Below the pieces are notes generated by a model, which was given only the letters and a program-made list of their open reading frames with translations, was not told the DNA's origin and searched no databases. A stretch of 64,000 nt of DNA from Camelus ferus (Eukaryota), in the NCBI RefSeq assembly GCF_009834535.1, contig NC_045696.1:82028001-82092000 (forward strand). Direction: 5' to 3'. The translations under genes and the position numbers were made by a program. Position 1 is the first letter of the stretch, and every line of letters begins with the position of its first letter. Shown here piece by piece: positions 10,541 to 22,500 of this stretch.

Positions 10541-13500
10541 GTGAGTGACTTGCTGGTGACTGATGTCGTAACCGGGGAGCGAGTAGGGGCAGCGACACGT
10601 CCCCTCAGGAGAAAGCTGAGGGCTCTTTGGCGGGCAGTGCGGGGAAGGGGGGACGCGAGAGCTTCCTTCTCGTGGAGGAGCCTGCTTGGCCCTTGTGGAG
10701 GAACGGAGGCGAACTGCAAGGGTCCAGTTACCTCCAGGCGGGAGCGCTCCTTCCGCCGTCTGGTCCCAGGGGCCCTGAGCGCGGGGTCACTTCTCAGACC
10801 CCGACCCCTGGGGTCTGCTGGAAGATGAGCCGGGGTGGGGCTCGTCAGCCGCTGTCATCCCTGCAAGTGGGCCCCGCGGCAGCCTTGTCACGGCTGCCCG
10901 CGCCGGGGGCCCGCGGAGGCTGGGTAGGGCAGGGCGGGCACTGCCAGGCCTCCTTCGCGCTCTCCTCCTTCCCGCCCCGGCGCCGCTCCACTCCTCAGTG
11001 GGAGACCCCGAGACGTGGGGCTGCTCACCGCCCTCCCCCGGGAGGCGTGGAGGAGGTGCCCCAGCGCGGGCCTTAGAGCGACGGGGGCTGTTGCGGTTAT
11101 GGCGAGGCTGAGAAAACACCCTGGAAGGAAAATCCTCTTTCCCTCGGGTCTCTGGCTGCAGCGTTGGTGCCGCCCTAAAGGGCCACATTCTTGTGTGGCG
11201 GTGTGATGGTATGCTTAGTTAGCGACTCCAACTTAGTGTTTCCTGGGTAGGCCGCTTGTGCAGCAGAACTGCCGCTTGGATTTTGCAGGCAGTACTATGC
11301 ATAGACGGTGGAGTTACCAAAATTGTTGTTTTGTGCCAGGAGTCCAATTTCAGTGCTACGGTTTGGCTAGTTCTACGCGCCGATGTTTAGACTTGTGCCT
11401 AGAATTTGGATTCTCTTTGACCATTTTTGGTTAGTTACAGAACTGCTTACCGGAGGGTTTGAGGACGTGGTTGAACAAGATAGCGATGAAAAGGACCAGA
11501 ATTTAAGCTGGCTTTTTGCATATCACTGGTACATGCCTCAGAAGTGTTTATGACAGGGAGTCCATTTGGTAAAAAGTTTACTTTATCTACCACTGTATCT
11601 ATTTGATGTTGAGTAATTACCGTATGATGCTGTGATTTGATAACTGGAAGGTAGGTTGAAAAACTAGGGGGAAAAAACCCAAACCAGAGAACCATATAAA
11701 TGAGTCATTTACTAATCAAAAAAGTAAGTAAAGAGTCAGCTTCTCCCTTCGTGCTTTTTTCCTTTCACTTTTCCTATTAAATCAAGACTTTTTAACATTT
11801 GATTGCTCAAAGAGCACATAAGTTCTATTTACATACGTGATATAAAGAACAAAGAAGATTTGTACATAAAAGGACACCATATGGGAATAGTGCGTGCATA
11901 CACAATTAGTGCCAAATTCCTTTGTCTTTTCCTGAAGTAGAAAGTGTTCTTGTTACACTCTTGTCAGTGCTGCTCTTGTGAGGTGGTTCAGATTTTGTTT
12001 CTCAGAAGAAAAGACAAATAAGACTGTCAGATAAAACCAATATATTCTCAAGTGTGCTTTTCACCATTGTGGTGCATTTCTGACTCTACAAAAACTAGTG
12101 TAGTTCTAGTTTCTAACAATATTAAGGCCCTGATAACTGCCTTAAAATAGAATGTTGCTTGAATTTATTCAAATAGGGATTCTGTATTTAGTGGAGTTTT
12201 GTACCATAACAGTGAAATGAGATTGTAATATTGGTGGGAAAAGAATCAGAATGGTACAAAAATGCACTTTACTGTCCATAGCTGAGGGAAGTGACATAAT
12301 CACGCTGTTTTCAAAATTTGGAGCAGTTCTTTGTAAAAAAGAGATTTCTGTAAGGAAGTAGAGAAATTGTTTTCAGCTGTTTCTTTTAGTTTCTTAGAGT
12401 AATCTGCTCATGGATGTAACTCAGTTATTAAATGTGGTGAGGACAGTGTTTTAGAATAATTAGGGAGAAAGCAGTGTGAGTTAATAAAAAATTATTTAAC
12501 TTATTTTTTAAGAGAACTTGTTTTTAAAATAAACTATATATGGTATCCAAAAAATAAGCTAATTAACCAAGTTAAACTAAGCCAACATAAGTCCATAGGC
12601 ATCCTATTTTAATGTGTAGATAAGAATGACTCTAATTTGTAATTAGTATGGTCAAAAGAATATAAAGAAATATTTTAATACTCTGATGTTGTTTAAGTTT
12701 TATTTTCCTAGGTAGTTTAGTGTTTTGTCATCATCTGTTTTGGTTTCCTTCAAGAGTAAAAACGTAAACTTTAGGTTAGGCTTTATTTGAGTTACATATC
12801 CTGAGTCATTTGAATTCAAATTTAGTAGATATGAACTATTAAATATGCTATGTGTTTGTGAAATATTTTTCCCTTCCAAGTGCTTATGGTGACTGTGTGC
12901 TATCTATATTTTACGAGGGCCTTAGAAATTTAGATTGTTGCTGATTATTTCTTGGAATAATTAAATATTCTTTAAACACCATATGATAATGCTTTTGCCA
13001 ATACAGACCCTTTGTGTTATCTGCTAGGTTTAAGGACCACAGTACAGCTATGGATAGTGAACCAAATCCTGGAACATCTTCGGTGTCGACAACTACCAGT
13101 AGCACCACCACCACCACCATCACCACTTCCTCCTCTCGAATGCAGCAACCACAGATCTCTGTCTATAGTGGCTCAGACCGACATGCTGTACAGGTATTTC
13201 AGTTATCGCGATGGGTAGGCTGAGATTTAGGATGTCTTTATTTTCTGCTTAAGCCAGATGAGTCTATTGTTTCATATCCTCAAGTGACTTACATGATACC
13301 CTCTAAATGAGTACAGTTAGAATTGTTAATGTTTGAAACAACCAACAGAGTGATTTAATAATCACTCTATTGGGAGGGCTTACATTTGTCAGCATGTAGC
13401 TTATAAGGTTATGTGTCAGGAAAATTATAATTGGAAGGTCTCCTCTAGGTGCGACTACAACGTGGAGATACTGATACTCAACCAAGAGCCCCAACATGAA

Positions 13501-16500
13501 GAACAGCTCTAGGTTTTTCTGGATTATTTTACATTTGAACCCAAAGTATAGACTTAGGGAGATCTATTCAGCTCTGTAGATGTGTTACGTTCATTTTAAA
13601 CCCAACTGGCCTAAGAACGCTTAGCGTGAGAATCCATTCAAGAGCTCTACGGGGCACAGGGCGAAGGAAATATTTAACTAGGAAAAATCTTAGGCTCTTC
13701 ATTTAGTTGAGAAAATAAAGTTTACTCAGTTACCTTTATAACAGTGGAGGTTGAGACAATATGGTATTGCATAAAAAGGGCCTGGGCATTGGGATCTGGT
13801 GTGCTCTTTGAATTCCATTTTCTTTATCATTGGTAGCTGTGTAGCCCTGGGTGAGGGGCATATGTCCTTGAGCCTCAGGAAACTATAAAATGGAGACCAC
13901 CTGCTTGATTAGTTATGAGGATTGAAGGAAGCATCTAGAATTGTATGGGGTACGTCATGTGTACTCAGTAAATAATAATAGTGAATATGTGTTGAACAGT
14001 TGCTGTATGCCGAGCATTTGATAAATGCTTTACATGGATTATCTCTTTTAATCCTAACTGCACCCTTATGAAGTAGATCCTTTTACTATCTCCATTGTAT
14101 AGATGGGAAAACTGATGTTTTAAATTGGCTAAATAACGTTCCTAAACTCACGTAGCTAGTTGGTTCTTTGGCTTTAGAGTTGTGCCCTTAACCACTTTGT
14201 GAGTTCTTATTTTTTCCATTATACTTGGTTTCTTATCAGATCCACATAATTTTACTCCATCTTGAAGAAAACTTCCCTGTTTATGATGTAGTCCTCTCCC
14301 CACACCATTTTCCTAGAGTGGAAGATCCCAGTTTAATGGCTATTTAGCTGTAATGTGGTTTAGGATTCTGAAGTTACTGTGGAGTGGAATCGGAATTGTT
14401 GGAGCAAAATTCAAACTGGAAGGCAGAGTGTGTTTTTAATGTTTTTCACCTTTTTTCTGAGGCAGGGGATATAGGGAAGAGTATTTGGATCTTTGAGCAT
14501 ACAGATAATGTGATACTTTAAATGCTGTGTTGTTGTCTAGCTTTTACCTAAGCTGGACATGTTAATAAAAAGTGAAATGTTACTGGAAATGTGTAGATAT
14601 AGATACATATCACAGATAGCACTAACTTTAGTTCTCATGAGATCATAGAATTGCTTCCCTTAAGATGTAATCAAATCACTATTTATTGAACTACGTAAAT
14701 AGTTCTTTCATACCTTTCAGCTTTATTTTTCAGTCCTATGAATCCTCTTCACCCTCCTTGTTCCTTTAGAGGGACAAAAAAAGAACTATGTTCTATGTCT
14801 TTAACTTGTATTTAAAGAATCTCTCTCCCGTGAGTATAGCATTGAGTGGTAATGAAAGACTGTGCTGACTAGAAAAAAATTACTACACTCTGTCAAGTAG
14901 ATTATTCATTTTTAATTTCACTTTGATTTTAGAATTTTGTTTTGGAATTAGAGGAACATACATAGATTTCCCTGACCAAAAAGACATCATCTTGTAATTC
15001 TAAATTACTTAATGCTGGTCTTCAGTCCCCTGCAACTAGGGGTCAAAAGCCTACATGGATTTTGTGACAGGAGCTTGTAGCTGGTGTAGCAGTCCATTGT
15101 TGGGGAACTGACATGTGAACACGTGAAGGTAAACAACACAAGGAAATACGCTTTCTTGGAATTCGGATGAAGAGATTCATGGCTTTGTGTGAAAGATGCC
15201 CTGACTCAGACCCTCAAACTGTAGGATTATGGCTCTGTTACTCCCTTAGCTCTTTGAAAACTCTGGTTTGATACTGAGATTAGGGTGCTCTTTCAGAGTC
15301 ACCGTGGGCATGATGTGATTTTGGGACGTGGTTGCAGAGGACTGGTGTAGTCTGACTTACCATTGGGAGATAAAGGATTTTCCTCTTTTATTGGAATACT
15401 TCTCTAATTTATCAATTAATGAAGTTTGGACTCAGCTTTTATATTCTGGTAATAAATAGTCATAATAATTAGTCCTTTTTCAGAAACTTTTTTTAGTAAG
15501 AATAGTTTTATTCTGTGTTCAAACAACTGAAACAAGGAATATGACATTTAAAAATTTAAAAACATTTTGAAAAGTGATTAGTAATTTTCTAAAAAAATAG
15601 CTTTATAATTTTATGTGGTTATTAATATCACAAAACTAAGTTTTTTCAGACATTTAAAGTACAAATGAGAAGGTAAAAGTCAGTTCTAATCTAGCTACCT
15701 GTCAGTAGTCTTTTAGTGGTTTGCTGAATATTCTGTGAAATATTTCAATATAAATGGTATCTTTCTCCATACACTATTTAGTAACCTGCATTTTTCAACT
15801 AATAATATATTTGGGAATTTTTTTGTTAATAAATATAGATTTATTTGCTCTGTTCAATACAGTAGCTACTACCTGCAGGTGGCTATTTTATATTTAAATT
15901 ATAATTAAAATTCAGTAGAATTAAAAACTTAATTCCCTAGTTGCATTAGCCACCTTGTAAGTGCTCAGACTAGTGGCTCCTGTACTGGATGCACTGATCT
16001 ACATTACTGTTAGTGATGGCTGCAGGGTATACATATCCTCTCTACTCAAGCCAAGAATTCTACCAACTTTTACCCAAAACGGTTATACCAATTTATACTC
16101 TTACTTACAGTAGTAGTAGTAGTATTTTAAATCTTTGTCGGTCAAAAAGTTAGAAAATAGTGTCTTGTTTTAATTTGTACTTTTGACTACTAACGAGATT
16201 GAAGATCTTTTCCAGTGCTTACTTGGCCCTTTTTCCTTTTGTGAATTGCCTCTACTGGGTTTCTTTTATTTGTATACATTTGTGAATCCTAGTAATAACT
16301 AGGAGAGCACTATATTTGTAAGTTTGATGACATTGAATCTTAAATTAGTGAAATTTTAAACTGCCGCTTTTTTGATACTTTATTTTATGGTTAAGGTTAT
16401 GGTTTGACTCTGGTTCAATTGACTTATCACAGGTAATTCAGCAGGCATTGCATCGCCCTCCCAGCTCAGCTGCTCAGTACCTTCAGCAAATGTACGCCGC

Positions 16501-19500
16501 CCAGCAGCAGCACTTAATGCTGCACACAGCAGCTCTCCAGCAGCAGCACTTAAGCAGCTCCCAGCTTCAGAGCCTTGCTGCTGTTCAGGTGAGGCTGAAG
16601 TGAATTAAGAACTTATGAAGCCAAAGTTGGCATTACCTGAGGATAATTACTGAAATTAAATACATTGGGTAGTATTTCAGAGTTCTCAGGTGTCCTGTAA
16701 TTATTGTTTCTTAAGGACATCTAATAGGCTGCCAAATAGAAGTTAGTTTAAAAAAAAATGGATATGTTTTATTTGTTATTCTGTTGCTAGCTTTTGGCCC
16801 TCTGCTTTTTATCTCCATTTCAGAAATGCTATACTAGTGTCATGGTTTTGTGTATAAAATTCAAAGTACAACAGTGAATAGTTAGGGTTGTATGAATCAC
16901 ATTTACATTTTAGCAAAAAACCTTTTTTTAATACATCAGTATTTTACACTCATTAAAAAAATCAAACAGTATAAAACTGTTTATAAGTAAAATATAGGTG
17001 TCCTTTTCCACACCCACTGCTGTTTTCCACTCTTCAGATGTGACCACTAAGAGTTTTATTTGTATCCCTCCAGAAATTTTCTGTATAAAAACATACATGT
17101 GCACTTTTCTAAAATCCAATCATATGACTCCTACTAACAGGATGATTTTATCATTAAATGCTTATGTTTTAAAAGATTTTCAGTGTTGTTGTATTGTTTA
17201 TTTAAGTAAAACTGTGTGAGATTTAAACTTAATCTCCTCATCAGAGGAGAATCTCAGTTGACTGAACCTGAAAAAGGTTTATTTCTGTTATAAACACATC
17301 CCCACCTGTTGCTTCTTCTCAGTAGTGTAATTTCATGTAACGTCATGTTCATGATACGAATTAGGAAACTGAAACCCACTGGCACTTGATATAGCTCCAG
17401 TTTCTTTTTCATAACATTGAAGTGGTGATTTCACTTCAAAGAAGATAGAGACCTATAGAGTGAAACTGACAATGTGTGCAGCTATTAAAATAAGATTAGC
17501 CTTTGGATCTTCTCTTGTCACCATTCAGTTTTTTTCTTTTTTTCTTAGTCAATTTGGCCAAAGCTTAATCCATGTTGACTGTAAAATGAATTGCTTCATA
17601 GATGTTTTGACTTTTATTGTGGTTTTGTGGTATTCTGGTACCAGAAAGTTTTAAACTTCAGCCTTTTATAGACACATTGTAAAGATCTTATTATTTTAGG
17701 CAAGTTTGTCCAGTGGAAGACCACCTACATCCCCCACAGGAAGTGTCACACAACAGTCAAGTATGTCCCAGACATCTGTAAGTGCCCTAAGTTTTTTTCC
17801 TGGATTTAAAATTTTTAATTATTGCTTTCCAAAAGTGAACTGTTAATATTTATAAAGCTATTATTGTGTATTTGTTGAATGCTATTTAATTAACAAGTGC
17901 CTAGAGATAGGAATAAGGTTCAAAAACTCAGAACTAATGTCAAACTTCTGAAAATCTGAGTCTTAAAAATGTTTTTGTATTATTTCTTACACATACTTCT
18001 CCACTGATTGTGTTCAGGTCTTATGTAAATAATTGCAGTTCTCAATGTGTATTGAAAGCCTGAAATACACAATGCAGAGGTATTAAGCCATGAATTTACT
18101 GTGGTATACTGAAGAATGTCATGTCCTTGGTAGACATCTAAATGTTTCTAGTTTTTTTCTGTGCAATCCACATTTTAGAAATTTTACTTTTAAGCTTATG
18201 CTTGAGTTATGTGAGTCCAATCTGGAAGTATCCATTCAAAATAGTGTAATTTATTTTGAGAAAGGAGTGAAAGAAAGGTGATTTGCTCTATTGCACATAT
18301 AAACTGGGAAATTGTGCAGAGTTTCCCAGTTAAAAGAAATTTACAGGTATGGTAATACTTGTTAACTTTTAATTTTGATATAATTTCTTTTTTTAATATA
18401 TATTTTTATTGAAATATATTTTCTTCTATGAAGCCACATGAAAATGACCAAATTCTGGGAGGGAGGGGTAAATTAAGAGTTTGGGATTAACATATACAAC
18501 TACTATATATAAAATAGATAAACAAGGACCTACTGTATAGCGCAGGTAACTATATTCAGTATCTTGTTATAACTATAACGGAAACGAATCTGAAAAAGAA
18601 TATATACACATAAGTGGGTGTGTAAATCACTTTGCTGTACACCTGAAACTAACACAACATTATAAATCAGTCATACTTTAATTTTTAAGAAATGATCAAA
18701 TTCAAGAAATTTAGCATTGATACAATGCAGTGCACATTCAGATTTCATCAGTTGTCCCAGATTTCTGAGCCTCATCACTATAGACATTATGGGCCAGATA
18801 ATTCTTTCTTGTTGAGGGGTATCCTGTGCATGATAAGTCATTAAGCAGCATCCCTAGCTTGGGTGGGCTGTGCCCTCCTTCCCCCAGCATGACAATCAGA
18901 AATGCCTCTAGGCACTGCTAGATGTTTCCTGAGGGGTCAGGAATTGCCTCTGTTTTTTCCTGATTCAGGATGGTAATACTTTGATACTTTGTAAAATTGA
19001 CTCTGATAGAATATAGTTTATAGATTACCAAAGAATTGAAGATGAACTTGTGCTGTGTTTCTTTAGCTAAGGGTATGGTCTTTGCTGAGTAAGTATATGT
19101 ACAGTGAGCATATAGTTATTTTGGGGCTATTGGTCTGACATTTTTAATTAAAAAATTCTGTTTTAGCATGGAAATACTCTGGAACATGAATAAAATTAGT
19201 TAAAAGATAAATTACTTATGACTTGAAAATGTTAGACTGAAGAAAAAGAAAAATTTAAGTAATGTAATCAATCCCTAAGCATTAATGCTATAGTTCTGGT
19301 TATTGATGTCAGATATGTCTTTAATTAATACATTCGGTAGTTAAGGAAAGGATTGGTAAACACTTTGTGGACTGGTTAAAGAAATTATAGATTAATTCTT
19401 TATGAAATAACATTAGGATATATATAGAAAGATATGTGTTCTGAATTTTTTTCTCTACATTGTTAAAAGGTATCCTTTTAAGTTGTTTTTCTTTCATTAT

Positions 19501-22500
19501 GATTTTATGTATGTGATTTTCACAATCACATTTCCAGTGATTGTGATTATTTTTTTGTGACATCGTTAGTGCTAGTTGTCATAAATTAGGTAGACTTGTA
19601 CGATGAAGGATGCCAGAACTTACTACTGGCTGATGGAGGAGAAGAAGTAAATAGGGAGAGCAAGTACTTAGGAAAAAAACAAAAGAATAACACATTGCAT
19701 TTGTTTTGTTTTCTGTTCTGACTGAGCAGTGGCTCAAGTGAGTTGACTAGCAGTCCACATTATGATACCCAAGGTAGCTTAGTAAATTTAGGTCATTCTC
19801 CAAAAGACGGACAGAGTATGGTAGCAGAAATCTCTAGGTAGTGATAACAATGAGCGGTCAAGTGGCAGTAAAGTAGTTTTCAGAGTTTTGGTTCTTGTGA
19901 GGTAGGTTTCCAATAACAGTGAAAGCCCTGGGGAGGGGTCCAACCTCCAGTAGGAAAAAGGGCTACAAGGTAGGTTGTCAAGCCACCATCCAAATAAGTT
20001 GGGGTTTAGAGTAGGAGTGGGATCCCAGTGGGAAAATGGAGTATTACATTTTAAAAAGTGAAGTCAAAAGTCCAGTCATACCACCTGGAGAAACAATATA
20101 TGTGGAGAGGACCATTGTTAACTGAATGTATAGGTAATTAGTGGGTGCCAGCATCCTCTTCTTTCCCCTCATTAGAACAGAAAGGCTAATTCTAGACTCT
20201 TACCAGTAATGAGAGGTGATTTTATAGTTGATTGGTTCTAAAACTAGTTGAGACTGAGCCTTTAGGTTGACGGCTTTGTCCTTCAACTGAATGGGACGAA
20301 GACTTAAATTTGATTTGCTAAAATGAAACCTAGACCAATTTAAAACTTTTACGCAAAAAAGAGCATCAGCAAAAATATAAAACAACAAAATAGTTGAAAA
20401 TACATTTGCACCATGTATGTCATCCAGCTTATATTTGTAAAATATTAAGGGCTCTTTTATGTTAGTAAGATAAACAATGAGAATTCACAAAAGACCTGCG
20501 TTGGTAATTTTCAAAAGAAAGCCTTTACCCTGTTAGTAATAAAGAAATGTATGTAAAAGCGACAATGCTGTACTATTTTCACTTGTCAAATTAGGAAACA
20601 AGGAAAAACACTGAGACAATACTCATTGGCAGGGATGTGAGAAAGTAGGTATACTTGTACACTATTGGTGGGAATATAATTAGTACAACTTTTCTGGAGG
20701 GTTATTTGGCAATGTGTGTGAAAATTTAAACTGTGCATGTACTTTCACATAGCAGTCTAATTTTTTGTGATGTCTTTTACTAAAAATAACAATTATGATA
20801 GATAATTATGCAAAAATGACAAATATGTAAATATGCATGGTTTATAATAGTGGAAAATTATAGACTAAATGTTCATTAATTGAGGTTTAGTTAAGTAAAT
20901 TATAGTTAATTCATACAGTGGGATACTATAGCTGCTAAATGCTGTATATGTACATAAAGAGACTTAGATTTTCATTAGATATTAAGTGAAAAAAAGCAAG
21001 AAAGTATAGTCTCATCTCATTTAACTTATTTATTTAGGTTATTCTATTTTTCGGTTCTGAAATTCCCATTTGGTTCTTTGTCTTTTGCTGAGAGTTTATT
21101 TTTTCATTTGTTTTGAGTGGGCTCATAATTGCTTGTTCAAAACATTTTTATGATGACTGCTTTAAGATCTTTTGTCGGATAATTATAATATTTCTTTCAT
21201 CTTGGTGTTGGCATCTATTTATTGTCTTTTTCATTCAGCTTGAGGTCTTTTGGTTCTTGGTACAAATGAGTGATTTTTTTGATTGAAACCTGGACATTTT
21301 CAGTATTATGTTATATGACTGTGGGTCTTATTTAACCATTCTGTTTTGACTGGCTTCTGAAAAGGAGTGTGTGCCACCTCCTTACTGCCATATGGGGGTA
21401 GAAGTCCAGGTTCCACATTTGTTTTCCATTGGTACCCAAGGGAGTGCTCCTTCTAATTGCCAAGTTGGAGTGCGTTATGGCTCCCCACTGATATTTCTGT
21501 GGCTGGGAGGGATAGGAGTGCAGTGTTACTGCACCCCACGTGGTCTCCACTGATACTACAGGAACGGGGTGGGTTGTTGGTGCTGGTCTGTTACTGCCTG
21601 ACTGGGATGAAAGTCCTGGCTCTCTACGTGGCCTTCTTTGACACTAATTGGTTGGAAGGATTTGTGGGATTGGGGTGCCTCATTATGGCTTGGTGAGGGT
21701 GGAAGTCTAGGTCTTTGCAAGTGTGGAGGTGGGTGAGGCCACAGTGTTTTCTGTGGTGTTTGGCTGGAGTAGAGCAATTACTATCTGAAAGTTTTCTGTG
21801 TTGTTAGGCTGTCCCTTTTCTGGTCCTTGGCTAGAAAGAGCAGACCACTGGAGTTTTTTGTTTGTTTGTTTGTTTCTACCCATTGATGTTTCTAAGTTAC
21901 TGACTTCTCAGCTTCATGTTTGGGTTATGTGAGACTTAAAAAGAAAACCCAGGGAGCTTATAACCACATTGTTCACTGGGTCTTGAGGTCCCTACCGAGT
22001 CTGCTTTTAACCACCTTTTGGGATCTTACGTTTATTTTATGTGTAACATCCAGGATTTTTAGTTGTACTTAGGGACAGGAATAGGGAAAAAGTATGTCTA
22101 TTCCACCTTCCTGGAAACAGAATTCCTATTATTTAACTTAAAAAAATGGTTCTATCTATATGTCTGTCTGATTATATAGGAAGAAAATCTGTAATATACA
22201 ACCAACTGTTAATCAGTGGTTATCTCTGAGGAAGTAGAGTGAAGAGCTTCATTGTGTTAGTTTTTGTATTGTGTAAATAAAATATGAATATACTCTTGTC
22301 TAAGAGACAGATAATGCAAAAGTGTAGAATAAAAGTGGCATTTCTTTTCAATAGTCCTTTTTTGCGCTAATGAAGTTTTATGTGATGCTTTCCTATTTAA
22401 TAACTGTACATTTCTACACATAAATGTAAATAGATATTCCTATGGTTAATTTTGTTTGTTCCAGTGTAGGTGAAGTGCCGTCATTTTCTATCTTCTCTTC

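Larger units (their letters stand above)
10380..11230. promoter_or_regulatory. CpG island / TATA-less PHC3 promoter
   Basis: Abrupt GC- and CpG-rich segment in AT-rich surroundings, spanning exon 1; boundaries approximate. Confidence 0.92.

Noticed and set aside
10252..11206. Several overlapping ORFs of 63-149 aa on both strands
   Set aside because: Expected from stop-codon scarcity in a CpG island; no protein signature.
17778..17846. Read-through of exon 4 into intron 4 as a short isoform
   Set aside because: Open for only about 22 codons; no supporting evidence from sequence alone.
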